DNA from: Octopus bimaculoides | Taxonomy: Eukaryota | Assembly: GCF_001194135.2 (NCBI RefSeq) | Contig: NC_068995.1 | Location: 8,777,378-8,814,447 of the forward strand | Length of the DNA: 37,070 nucleotides | Direction: 5' to 3' | Shown: positions 12,706-26,315 of the stretch, in pieces | Layout: the number at the start of each line of letters is the position of its first letter | How positions within the stretch are numbered: position 1 is the first letter of the stretch | Notes under the pieces: generated by a model | What the model saw: the letters and a program-made list of their open reading frames with translations, nothing else | Told to the model about the DNA's origin: nothing | Databases searched by the model: none | Made by a program: the position numbers and the translations under genes

Positions 12706-13864
12706 GCAGCAGCACAAGACTGCAGCAGCGGCACCAGTATCAACTTCACCACCAGCATCGCGCACCTCCAAAATATTTACCACAGCAACTTTAAAAAAAA
12801 AAATAAAAAAGGTCCGGTGACAATAACAACAACGCCGGCAACAGACAAAACCTCATCACGAACAACAACTGGAACAACAACGGCATTAACCACGATAGCC
12901 CCAAAATAACAATAGACGCAGCCATAATGTTGGTTCAAAAATATGATGTAATTATAAAGAAGTTTCCTCTATAAACGGAAATTAGGGAACCACATGACTA
13001 GTTCCCATCATGAACCTTCAATTGTTTTATCAAAACCCCTATTATTTTCCAAGATAATATTCTTTATACTTCACCGGGTACACGCCAAAGTGCACTTGTG
13101 ATCATCTTTGCTTTGTCATTCTTTGTATTTCGTTCAAGTTTTCTATGTAAGATTTCCTCTTCGTCTGTTCGTCTCCCTGTTTTCTCAAGTCGATATCATT
13201 CTTTGTAAACTCATTCCTTTTTCTTTCAGCCTACTTCTTTCGCAGTTATTTACTTCTTTTTCCCAACCACTTTATCCGGATCATTACACTTTTTTCTCAT
13301 GTTTTTATTTCCATGTTCATATATTTCTCTTCTCATGGTCAACCGTCTTCTTGTTCCTTTGGCACTTCTTCTTCTTCTTCTTTTTCTTCTCATTATTATT
13401 ATTAATATTATCATCATCATCATCGTCATCATTATTATTATTATCAATATCATTATTATTCTTAAGCAATGGTTATTATTATTATTATTATTATTATTGA
13501 GTGAAAGAGCAGTGCATGGGATACAAATATACGAAGCCCATTTTACCCATCATGACTACCCGTCTGCTAAAGTTACACCAGGTACATGCATCACAACCTT
13601 ATGTGCGCAACATGATCTTATTAGTGGTATTAGTAATCATATGCCAACCCCTTATCCCTCAGCATCTGATAATTGACTGCATCATCCTAGACACAAAACC
13701 ATAATCATCATTATTATCATCAACACCGTTCTCAACAAACGTCATCCTTTCTGTCTAATCTCCCAGATTCCTTATTTCTCATCAGCTTTACAGTTATCAT
13801 AATCCTCAACATGTTTGTCAACGCCGTCATCGTCATCAATCGATCATCATCAACGTTATCAACA

Positions 13865-14470
13865 TCATCATCTTCCTTTTTCTTCTTCTTTCCTTCTTCT
13901 CTACCTTCTTCGCCTTCATCTTCCTATTTCGTTCTTCTCCTCTTCTCCTTCATCTTCTTCCCATTCTGTTCTTCCTTTCTTCTTCTCCTTCTTCCCCGTT
14001 TGTTCTTCCTTTCTTCTTCTTCTTCTTCTTCTTCTTCTTCTTCTTCATTGTTTGTTCTTCCCTTCTTCTTCTCCTTCTTCCCCGTTTGTTCNNNNNNNNN
14101 NTCTTCTTCTTCTTCTTCTTCTTCCATGTTTGTTCTTCCCTTCTTCTTCCCTGTTTGTTCTTCCCTTCTTCTTCTTCTTCTTCTTCTTCTTCTTCTTCTT
14201 CCCTGTTTGTTCTTCCCTTGTTCTTGTTCTTCCCTTGTTCTTGTTCTTGTTCTTTTTCTTCTACTTCTTCCTCTTTTTATTCTCCCTCTTCTTTTTTTTC
14301 ACTTTCTTCTTCTTCCTCTTTTGTTCTTCTCTGCTTCTACTTCCTCTTCTTCTTCTTCTTCTTCTTTTTCCTCTTTTGTTCTTCTCTCCTTCTCCGTCTT
14401 CTTCTCCTTCTTCTTCCTCTTCTTCTTATTCTTCTTCTTCCTCTTCTTCTTCTTCTTCCTCTATATCTTC
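13865..14470. repeat. (CTT)n polypyrimidine array containing a higher-order GTTTGTTCTTCCC minisatellite
   Basis: The anchor GTTTGTTCTTCC recurs several times between about 13995 and 14220. A 10-N gap lies at 14092-14101. Confidence 0.85.
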
Positions 14471-14969
14471 TCATCTCCTTCTCCATCCTCACCATCCCTC
14501 GCTTTGTCGTCACCATCATCCCCAACATTATTATCAGCAACAGTACGACTGTCGCCACCCCTTACACTAACAATACGGTCATAAACACAAACGACGTTAT
14601 AGTCATTATCATCATCACCACCCTCATTAACATCATCTTCATCATAGTCGTACACCATCATCATCATCATCATCATCAACATCATCCAAATCATCATCAG
14701 GGACAACAACAAACTTCATGCCATCGCTTTTCCATTTTGCAGACAATCGCCTTCAATATATCGATAAACCAGAAACAAACAGCTGGTAACCAGTCTGCAT
14801 TTCAAAGCTAACATCCGCTTCCGGCCACAGAAACAATAAGAAAAGAACGAAAAAAAAAAGTGATCGACAACATTCTTCATCCCGCCAAACATGAAATAAC
14901 CAACATTATCAAAAGCTACCGCCACATATTTATCTGTAAATGCAACACGTACCTGCAATGTTTATCAAT

Positions 14970-15088
14970 ATATGTTAATATAAATACATACATATATATA
15001 CAGGAATACATATATATAGACAAACATATGTAGGTATATAATAAATGAATGTATATATACATATTTATACTTATATATATAAATATAT

Positions 15089-15126
<38 letters not shown>

Positions 15127-15129
15127 TTA

Positions 15130-15216
<87 letters not shown>

Positions 15217-15480
15217 TTTTATACATATATGTATATATGTTTATACATATATATATATATATATACATACATATATATATTTTTATACATATATATCTAT
15301 ACATATATATATATATACATACAGATATATATATACATACATACATACATACATATATATATATATATACATACATACATATATATATATATACATATGT
15401 ATATATACATATACATATATGTGTATGCACATGCGCAAGCGTATGTGCATACGCATGCACACTCACATGCCTGTGTATAT
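14970..15480. repeat. Long (TA)n/(TACA)n array
   Basis: Directly visible. Confidence 0.9.
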
Positions 15481-15915
15481 GTTTGATGTTCGGCTGCTGT
15501 GCCACATGACATTTGACATTTGTAATATTTACAATTACGACCGATTCCTAACATATTTGACGCCCCTGTTCCCTCATTCGCTAATATACCTTTCCTGTTG
15601 TATGTTTTCGAAATACCAACGTTCTCGCCTTCCCACAGTCTATCGCCAATATTCTGAAGTCTGACACTCGTCACTATAGATGGTTCAATGTTTATACGGA
15701 TGCCTTTGTATAAAAAAACATGTATGTATAACACGTAGACATACACACACACAAACAAACTCACAAACGCACACAAATACACACGCAAATATATATATAT
15801 ATATATTTGCGTGTGTATTTGTGTGTGTATATATATATATATATATATACATATGCTAAGTAGATATGCCAGCAAAAATATAGACACTATTACACAATTG
15901 AACGCGAGATATTAA

Positions 15916-15949
<34 letters not shown>

Positions 15950-15951
15950 TT

Positions 15952-15990
<39 letters not shown>

Positions 15991-16117
15991 ATGTGTGTAT
16001 GTTTCTAAACAAGCGTGTATATATTCATATAGATGCACGCGTACACAGACACGCAAACACTTACGCACACGCATGCACATACACACACGCACATGTATAT
16101 AAACCCTCACCCCAAAT

Positions 16118-16400
16118 GTGAAGGCGCGTGGCATAGTGGTTAGGGTATTCCACTAACGATCTTACGGTTGTGAGTTCAATTTCCAGTGACGTGCTCTATC
16201 CTTGAACATGACTCTTTATTTCTCGTTGCTCCAGCACACTCATTTTGCAAAAATTAGAAGTACTTCTATCAAGACCATCCTTGTTACGTTCTGTGTCACG
16301 CTAATCTTTCCTGAGAACCATGTTTAGGGTACACGTGTCTGCGGAGTCCTTAGCCACTTGCACGCTGTTCCGATGCTTGTAATCGAAACAATTGATACGG
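16118..16400 (+). mobile_element. tRNA-derived SINE with a TCCTTGARCA-type central box and a family B tail
   Basis: Head GTGAAGGCGCGTGGCATAGTGGTTAGG..GTGAGTTCAATTTCC. Centre TCCTTGAACATGACTCTTTATTTCTCGTTGCTCCAG is shared with 18298-18625. Tail GTGTCACGCT..GAGAAC..GGGTACACGTGTCTGCGGAGT..GCCACTTGCACG is shared with 1227-1613. Confidence 0.75.
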
Positions 16401-16951
16401 AAGATAGAGTATACTGGAAACTTTATCAATCACAACGATCGATTCGATACATCCTGCACCTCACCCTTGTGGATGAGAAACTAGGCAACTCACTCCAAAA
16501 TTTGGTTGCGAATTATGAAATTATTCTTTATAAACCGGAGCTCAGTTTTCACACACACAGACACACACACACACACCCACACACACACACGCACACACAC
16601 ACACGTGAATAAACACAATAATATATCGCAGAGCTGTGAAATTCGAGATTCGAGACAGTGACACGGCTTTAGTTTTCATACAATTCTCTAACGACTCCGA
16701 TATATATTTAGTACTCCACTCTCATTCGATCCACAAAACACACACACGCACACGTGCAACATACATACGCACAAACATACTGAAATATGTCAAGACAGGG
16801 AGTACAACCGATCGATATGCAGGTAGATCGATAGAGTGGTAGAAAGATAGAAAGATGGATATATAGAAAGGTACGTATATCTATAGATGTATGGCTATAA
16901 ATGTAAATAAAGCATTGACATATATATATAAATATATGTATACATACATAT

Positions 16952-16999
<48 letters not shown>

Positions 17000-17030
17000 T
17001 CATGCACACATATTTTTGCTTATATGCATG

Positions 17031-17089
<59 letters not shown>

Positions 17090-17459
17090 CTGTATGTATG
17101 TATAAGTGTGTATGTACATGTGCGCGTGTGTGTTTGTCCATACGGCAGTTCTTTGAAGATATACTTTTTTGGCATATGTATACAATTATGCATGTGCGGG
17201 AGTATTGCATATCTTTATCTAAAATCAGTTTATTATTTATGTACATGCCTATCTCTGAAGTTATATAGACATGCAAATCTTATAGACTTGTATACACAGG
17301 GTAATATTAATTTGCATGTATTAGTAATTTTTTTTAATAATAAAAAAAAAGACTGATGTTTCTAAAATATAATTTATGTAAACGAAAAGCGTAAATTTTA
17401 ACAAATAACAAATTCCAGCGACACGCAGAGAGTAAATCAGCATATACGCACATGCACAA

Positions 17460-17906
<447 letters not shown>

Positions 17907-17910
17907 AATA

Positions 17911-18290
17911 GACACTCCGTCGGTTACGACGACGAGCGCTCCAGTTGATCCGATCAATTGAACAGCTTGCTCGTGAAATTAATGTGCAAGTGGCTGAGCA
18001 CTCCACAGACACGTGTACCCTTAACGTAGTTCTCGGGGAGATTCAACGTGACACAGAGTGTGAAAAGGCTGGGCCCTTTGAAATACAGGTACAATAGAAA
18101 AAAGAAGAAGGAATGAGAGAATGTTGTGGTGAAAGAATACAGCAGGGTTCGTCACCCCCCCTCCTGGAGCCTCGTGGAGCTTTAGGTGTTTTCGTACAAT
18201 AAACATTCACAACGCCCGGTCTGGGAATCGAAACTGCGATATTGCGACCGCGAGCCCGCTGCCCTAACCACTGGGTTATTGTGCCTCCAC
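17911..18290 (-). mobile_element. SINE family B, full length, inverted relative to 1227-1613
   Basis: Minus strand begins GTGGAGGCACAATAACCCAGTGGTTAGGGCAGCGG..GTTTCGATTCCCAGACCGGGCGTTGTG, then the same body and tail as 1227-1613. Confidence 0.85.
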
Positions 18291-18297
18291 ATATTGA

Positions 18298-18625
18298 GGA
18301 GACCCCCTTCGGTCATGAATGACCATGGGATTGCACCTAGAAAGTTACCCTCTGAGGCACAAGTCCGGGAAAGGTTCTTTATGGAAGACCAGCAGTCACC
18401 CATACATACCAGCCTCCCTTCTCCACGCCACTGATGTTATCCAAGGGAAAGGCAAAGGGGCTGATACAGCTTGGCATCAGTGACGTCGTAACTCATTTCT
18501 ACAGCTGAGTGAACTGGAGCAACGTGAAATAAAAATGCTTTGCTCAAGGACAAAACACGCAGCCCGATCCCGGAAACGAACTCACTGCCTCACGATCGTA
18601 AGCCGGATGCTCTAACCACTGAGCT
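18298..18625 (-). mobile_element. tRNA-derived SINE with TGTCCTTGAGCAA box and a distinct tail, 5' end cut by a gap
   Basis: Minus strand: AGCTCAGTGGTTAGAGCATCCGG..GAGTTCGTTTCC, then TGTCCTTGAGCAAAGCATTTTTATTTCACGTTGCTCCAGTTCACTCAGCTGTAGAAATGAG, then a tail ending CCCATGGTCATTCATGACCGAAGGGGGTCTCC. Confidence 0.8.
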
Positions 18626-19952
18626 NNNNNNNNNNNNNNNNNNNNNNNNNNNNNNNNNNNNNNNNNNNNNNNNNNNNNNNNNNNNNNNNNNNNNNNNNNN
18701 NNNNNNNNNNNNNNNNNNNNNNNNNNNNNNNNNNNNNNNNNNNNNNNNNNNNNNNNNNNNNNNNNNNNNNNNNNNNNNNNNNNNNNNNNNNNNNNNNNNN
18801 NNNNNNNNNNNNNNNNNNNNNNNNNNNNNNNNNNNNNNNNNNNNNNNNNNNNNNNNNNNNNNNNNNNNNNNNNNNNNNNNNNNNNNNNNNNNNNNNNNNN
18901 NNNNNNNNNNNNNNNNNNNNNNNNNNNNNNNNNATATATTATACAAAGAATAAGAACTAAGTTAAATAATTTAATATTGCCACTGGCATACAGGTCAGCA
19001 AAAGATGAGGAATACAGGTATATCAAATCATGTACAAGTTTAGAACTTGATTTATTTCAAGTGTTTTCTCTTTCGCACCTGTAACAACATTTATTTGTAG
19101 CGGTTATCTACCTTTGTCGTCAAATTAGAGTTGTTATTCTGCTGATAATCGTCAAAAGTATGTTTTCAAAACCAATACGCCATTCAGAAGAATATCGTTA
19201 CTTTCAGTAGTCCAGAGATTGTCTTTCGCCACAGATTTCTCTATGTGTTTCGTCTACTGAGAGGGAGTTGCTGCGATGATGACGCCTATTGAGGTAGAAG
19301 CCCATGTAAGGAGATGTTGGCTACTTGCAGACTATCAGGCGATGCTTAATTGCGCGTTAATTTTAGAGAAGTTTTCAAGTTTGCCAATATGCGCTCTTTG
19401 CATTCAGAGTTAGTACCAATTGCCACTAAGCAACGTGCGTACCTCTCAGGAGCAAAGATAATTTTAATAAATGAAAAAAAATTATCCTGTATATTATGCA
19501 TATGTATATATCTCTACACGCACACACACGTACACAAAAATACACTCACGCGCATATGCATACATACACTCATGCGTTGATGATGATGGTAACGATTATC
19601 ATGATGATGATGATGACGATGATGATGGTGACGATGATGCTAATGATGATGGTAATAATAGATACATAAATACGTACACACATCCATATATATATATATA
19701 TATATATCTATATATATATATATATATATACATACATACACACACATATATATATATATGGCAATAGACAGATAGATACGAATATATATATATATATATA
19801 TATACAAACGTACATATAGATATATATATACCTTATTTATATATATGTTGGTATATATTTACATATCTATTTATATTTATGTGTGTATATATATTTCAAA
19901 TATATATGTTCATTTATATGTGTGTATGTGTGTGTGCGTGCGTATGTCCATG

Positions 19953-19999
<47 letters not shown>

Positions 20000-20473
20000 G
20001 TGTGTGTGTGCGTGTGTATACATAAATATTTATGCATATATGTATGTACTTGCATGTGTATACCGGTTAGAAAGAAAAACTAAACAAACACTTAATGTAC
20101 AATATTTCCAGTATAGATTAATGCTAATAGATGATATACAAAATACAAAACGTTGTGTATAGTTAAACAATATTAATCTCCAGAGGTAAATGTTTATGTG
20201 GGTGTATATTATAGCTAAATCTCCATTAATGTAATATGAACTATCTGTCAACTGCCATCTCTTGATAGAACAGTTCAAAGATAAGCTGTTACTGTGAATT
20301 CAGCAAATTTATTTTTATTTGTTCCCCGTCGCCATCTTTGTATCCTTTACTATGTTATTTTTTTTTTTAATTCTGTATGTATATCACTATATCTCTGCAT
20401 CTCTGTTTCTCTTCCTGTATATATATATATATATATATATATATGTCTATATATTTCTAATTCTTTCTCTCTT

Positions 20474-20504
<31 letters not shown>

Positions 20505-20946
20505 ATCTCTACTTCTATCTCCTTCTCTCTCCATTCTTTCTCTCTATGCGTCTTTATTCCTGTCTGCCAGTTTCATTTTATCTTCTCTCATTCTTTCACT
20601 CTCTTTTTCAGTCTCTCCTTCTCTTTCACCTTTTCTTTCTCTTTCCTTGTGTGTGTGTGTGTGTTTGTATAGGAAATTTTACGTGTGTACAAATGTGAAT
20701 TAAATTTCCTATAGACAAACAAGTTGATTACGCATGCTTCACACAAACGTACACGAACACGTCATAATCACGTACACAAACACGCACGTATACATATACA
20801 TATAATGTCCACCGCCAAGTACATGCACACACACACACACATACGAACACACCCTCCAAAACTCACAACTATATATATACACTTCTTAAGCCTTGCTGGA
20901 TACTTACTAATATTGAAAAATAATAATACTTCAAATAATAATAATC

Positions 20947-21068
20947 ACGATGATGGTGATGACGATGATGATGGTGACGTTGATGATGATGGTAACGATG
21001 ATGATGATGATGATGATGACGATGCTGATGGTGACGATGATGATGGTGACGATGATGCTGATGATGAT

Positions 21069-21113
<45 letters not shown>
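20947..21113. repeat. (GAT)n array followed by (AAT)n array
   Basis: Directly visible. Confidence 0.9.
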
Positions 21114-21743
21114 TACGGTAAAAGTAATTTCTTTAGTGGTCACATGGGCTATTATATACATAGAATATAGCATTATGCGTGGACTTAATGAAAGAACATT
21201 GCGTGAGGGTGGATGATAATAAAGACAAAATGAATGTTAAAAATATTTTAGAATCAACATAATAAAAATTGTATACAAATTAAAAGCCCCGAATAAATAT
21301 GATTACATAAAATCGCAGAATGAATAATGAAAAAAATTATATAATTCTTTCTAATATAGATGCACAGCCTGAGATTTGCACGATGGGGCATCATCGATTG
21401 GATTGACCTGTATACAAGATATAATCTCATCCTATTTCATCTCATCTTCTGCTTAATCCTGGGTGTTTTGCGATGGCGGAACCTTCATGATCGCCTTCTA
21501 TCGGATGTTGTTAGAATTAACAGTTTCCAATTGATCCGACTGAATCCGGAAGTGAGACCAACCGAGGTTATGGATATTTATCCAACGAATATAAAAACTA
21601 TCCTCTATATTATGCTTATGTATATATTTATACACCCACACGTACACGCAAATACACTCACGCGCAGTTGCATACACACCCTCATGCATTTATATANNNN
21701 NNNNNNNNNNNNNNNNNNNNNNNNNNNNNNNNNNNNNNNNNNN

Positions 21744-21776
<33 letters not shown>

Positions 21777-23550
21777 GATAGATACATACATACATACGTA
21801 GACGCACACACTTATATACCGCCGTTTAGTTTTCCCGCAAAACATGTTCAGCAATCCTTTCTGTAAGCATTCTTATCACATATAACAGCTGCGATCTCTC
21901 AATGCGGAGAATTAGCGCCTCTGATATCCGTGTCATGCACTTTAAACTGTAATGATACTACAAAGACCTTTCGGGGGAATGCCATCAACGCAGCTGGTAT
22001 AACCATTGTATTCTTTCGCACATTGCCCAAGTATACAAGAAATAATGAAAGGCAAAGTTATCTGAGCCAGATCTGAAGTCAAAACTTACCAAACCAGAAA
22101 GCTTAAAGAATAAATTTTGTGACTGATCCACCCATGAATCGCAACACTCAACGTTTCGGAACGACTTCCGATCGCTAGGATTACTGAAGCTAGGCAATTA
22201 CCAAAAAGTAATATAATGATAGAAGGTGGTAATTAGTTATAGCAAAGGAATTTGCAATAAAAAAAAAACATGAAAAATGGTGGCAAATGTGCACAAGCTA
22301 AACCCATCATTAATTGTCAATCAAATATCATCACAATTCCGACGCCATCTAAACCGTGACATTATTGTAGGTTATTGATAATACCGTAGTGAGTGATAGG
22401 AAGAGTCAAAACGGTGTGTATCTACATTGTCAACTATAATCCAGTAAGATCCACATAGTTCTTAGTTGTTGTCTTAAGCGAATGCTTTTGGTGTCCATTT
22501 ATTGGTTCAAATAGGAAATTGACATTATTATCATAAATAAAACTCTGCAGTAATGACCACCTAGTTTATCTAGAAACATAAATATATATATTAAAAACTA
22601 TTGAATAAATTATTCTATCAGTAACAAATGTGATGATGATGATGGTATCCATGATAGCGGTAGTTTTCGGCGTAGCAGTGATGATGCTGAGGTAAGTGGA
22701 AATAATGATGAACATTTGGCGGAAGTGGAAGAGGAGACAAGGAGATGGACAATGATGAGAATGATGACGGTAACAACGTAATACATTAATAAGGGAGGGG
22801 GAAGGAAGCAGTTAACATGGAACTTTAACATGCAGACAAACAAACAGTCAGAGAAGCGGACAGACAAACAGACAGATACTTAAGTGCTTAATAAACCTGG
22901 CATTAGCTTCTTCTTCCTATAACAATTTCACCAAATTCAGCAAATGATTATAATAACGTTTCTGAAGAAGAAAACGGAATAAAAGCCGCGGGCATACTTC
23001 GACTCAGCTATAGAATTATTAGCATTATGACACCGAAAAATTCTGCGTCCATTTATTGGTTTAAAATTCGTAGAAACCAAACCACACGCAACCAGTCCTG
23101 TAATAACCTGTCCTACGAAAATAGTGGTTTTAGTATGTTTAAATACTATTACATCTTTGGAACATTAACATCAAGCATTTGTTGACCCTGAATTTTTTCC
23201 ATGCACAGATTTTTTTTTTCTCGTCATGCGTATAAGTAATTGCTAGAAGACAAAATAATACTCGATTTTACCAATTTTTCAGTATTCGATTTGTATATTT
23301 TATCCAACGAAAAGAAGGATAAAAACGTAAAGTAGATGTCAGCGACATTTGAGCAGAGAATATAAGTGGGTGTAACTAAATATTCTAGGTCAGCGTGTGC
23401 TACATGCTCCCTTCGAAACAGTCGCAAAAAAATATTAATAACAAAATTAACAACGCTACTTCTAGTTTCATTACTGCTACTAGTATTACTATTATTACTA
23501 TCACAACTACTAACACGACTTGTACTGTCGGTAATATTAATAGTAATGAC

Positions 23551-23557
23551 AATGATG

Positions 23558-23612
<55 letters not shown>

Positions 23613-23694
23613 TAATAATAATGATAATAATAATAATAATAATAATGGTAATGATAATAACAACAACAAAAATAATAATAAAAACGATAATAAT
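23551..23694. repeat. (AAT)n array at the 3' end of the adjacent SINE
   Basis: Directly visible and contiguous with the SINE end at 23695. Confidence 0.9.
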
Positions 23695-23866
23695 CTTTTC
23701 TACTGGAAGCGCAGTGCTTTAAATTTTCGGGAAGGGATGAAATCGATTACATCGACTCCAGTACGTAACTGGTACTTATTTAATCGACCCCGAAAGGATG
23801 AAAGGCAAAGTCGAGCATAGTGGAATTTGAACTCAGAATGTAACAGCAGACGAAGTACCGCCCGGC
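23695..23866 (-). mobile_element. SINE family A, 5' end missing
   Basis: ACTGGTACTTATTTAATCGACCCCGAAAGGATGAAAGGCAAAGTCGA..GGAATTTGAACTCAGAA core. Confidence 0.85.
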
Positions 23867-23914
23867 AGGCAGGCAGACAGACAGACAGACTGACTGAAAG
23901 AGAGAGATAAAGAC

Positions 23915-23961
<47 letters not shown>

Positions 23962-24180
23962 TGGATAGATAGAGACAGAGAGAGAGAGAGAGATAAAGAA
24001 AGAAAGAAAGAAAGAAAAAAAGCAAAGAAGAAAGAGAGGGAGAGAAAGAGAGAGAGAGAGAGAAAGAAAGAAAAAGAGAGAGAGAAAGACAGAGAGAAAG
24101 AAAGACAGAGAGAGACACACACAGACAGACAGACTGAAAGAGAGAAATAGATAGCTCGATAGACTGATAGATAGAAACTC

Positions 24181-24234
<54 letters not shown>

Positions 24235-24254
24235 ATAGATACATGATAGATAGG

Positions 24255-24290
<36 letters not shown>

Positions 24291-24335
24291 AAGAAAGAAA
24301 GAAAGAAGGCAAAGAAGAAAGAGAGAGAGAGATTA
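23867..24335. repeat. Compound (CAGA)/(GATA)/(GA)/(GAAA) purine-rich microsatellite with two-fold higher-order structure
   Basis: Unique anchors GACTGAAAGAGAGA (23892, 24132) and GCAAAGAAGAAAGAGAG (24022, 24309) each occur twice, in the same order. Confidence 0.85.
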
Positions 24336-24553
24336 GAGGGAAAAAGCAATACTGAGTTAGTGTTGCTGTTGTCGTTGCAAATTCTTTCGAATGTTATAAT
24401 CACATCTGTCAACATCTTGTCTTACTTTCGCTTGCGATTAATGTCTGATGCATTTCTTAAGCAATGTTAGATTTCGCATTTATTTTATATGCCACGATCT
24501 ACGCTAAAATTTAAAGGGGGTGGCAAGGATGGCCGGGATGACAAGCACAGCCA

Positions 24554-24601
24554 CGATGATGACGATGACGATGATGATGATGACGATGTTAATGACAATG
24601 G

Positions 24602-24634
<33 letters not shown>

Positions 24635-24869
24635 CGATGACGACGATGCTCATGATGATGACGATGATGATGCTGATGATGACGATGATGATGCTGATGA
24701 TAACGATGACGGCGACGACGATGATGATGATGACGATAGCGACGACGATGGTGGTGGTGGTGGTGGTGGTGGTGATGAGCAAGAAGACCGTAATGGCTAC
24801 GACGACGACGACGACGACGACAATGATGATGATGATGATGATGATGACGATGACAACTACGACGACGAC

Positions 24870-24904
<35 letters not shown>

Positions 24905-25005
24905 CGATGACAACTACGACGACGACGATGATGACGATGTTAATGACAATGGTTATGATGATGATGATGATGATGATGATGGTGATGACGACGATGACGA
25001 CGATG
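24554..25005. repeat. (GAT/GAC)n array, left part
   Basis: Directly visible. Contains a (GGT)n insert and internal higher-order units. Confidence 0.9.
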
Positions 25006-25054
25006 AATCTTGAATAATGGTAGTATTTTTCAGGATTAAAATAAGGATGATAAT

Positions 25055-25224
25055 CCTTTCTACTATTGGCACAAGGCTAAAAATTTTGGGTAGGGGATCG
25101 TCGTTTACATCGACCCCAGTGCGTAACTGGTACTTATTTAATCGAATCCGATAGGATAAAAGACAAAGTCGACCTCGGCGGAATTTGAACTCAGAACGCA
25201 ACGGCAGACGGAATACCGCTGAGG
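25055..25224 (-). mobile_element. 5'-truncated SINE family A copy with 17-bp target-site duplication
   Basis: Core GGATAAAAGACAAAGTCGACCTCGGCGGAATTTGAACTCAGAACG. AAAATAAGGATGATAAT flanks it at 25038-25054 and 25225-25241. Confidence 0.88.
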
Positions 25225-25246
25225 AAAATAAGGATGATAATGACGT

Positions 25247-25830
25247 CGGTGATGATGATAATGGTGATGATGATGATGATGAGTAGGAGGAGGAGGCCGA
25301 CGACGACGAAGATTATCGTAAATATTGGTAATAATGTTGACGATGAAATTGAGGATGACGATGACGATGACGACGACGATGATGATGATGATGATGATGA
25401 CGACGATGATGATGATGACGACGATGATGATGATGACGACGACGACGACGACGACGATGATGATGATGATAATGATGATGATGATGACGGTGATGATGAT
25501 GATGACGATGATGATGATGATGATGGTGATAATAAGGATGATGGTGATGATGATGATGACGGTGATGATGATGATGACGACGATGATGATGATGACGACG
25601 ATGATGATAATAAGGATGATGGTGATGCTGATGATAACGGTGATGATGACGACGACGATGATGATGACGACGATGATGATGACGACGATGATGATGATGA
25701 TGATGATAATGATGACTGTGATGATGATGATGACGACGATGATGATGATGATGATGATAATGATGACGGTGATGGTGATGATGATTGTGATGATGACGAG
25801 GACGACGAAGAATACGACGATCACGATGAT
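25247..25830. repeat. (GAT/GAC)n array, right part
   Basis: Directly visible. Confidence 0.9.
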
Positions 25831-26315
25831 ATAGATAGCGGTGGTGAAGATAGACGCAATAAACACTGGATATGAGAGTCGCTAACGTTTGATATTGTTG
25901 ACTTGCTCTCACTAACCAAATGGTTAATTTTCAAGACAGGAAAACTACAAACATATTGCTGCACTATTAACACATATTAATATGAAACATGCAGTGGTAG
26001 CTTGTAATTCATCACTTCTGAATATGTCTGGCGGCATCTCTTCTCTTTAATACGCTTTGCTTGTGGAAGCGAATAATATTGCAGCAGCGTCGGCGCGATT
26101 CGTATGAGCACTATTTTGCGCTCTGTTAATTTTACGTCTGTGAATTATCAACTTCGTCTGGGTGGATGTTGGGAGTAGAATCCCCTTAAGTGTTTGTTCT
26201 GGTTATAAGTTCGAATATCGCCGAGGTAAATTTTGATTTTACTCATTTGTGGAGTTGCTAAAATTATATCCTTTTACAAAACTGGATTGGTGGGAAATTT
26301 TAAGATTTTAACAAA

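Noticed and set aside
22622-22697. Possible plus-strand exon ending at GAG|GTAAGT
   Set aside because: The segment is a decayed (GAT)n tract with low-complexity peptides, so the donor is probably chance.
24489-25875. Poly-Asp ORFs (24489-25013, 25234-25875) resembling acidic mollusc biomineral proteins such as Aspein
   Set aside because: Any (GAT)n array has a poly-Asp frame. There is no signal peptide, and a SINE with a TSD sits between the two ORFs.
25313-25912. His-rich minus-strand ORF resembling squid beak histidine-rich proteins
   Set aside because: It is the antisense reading of (GAT)n and lacks the Gly/His/Tyr peptide repeats of those proteins.
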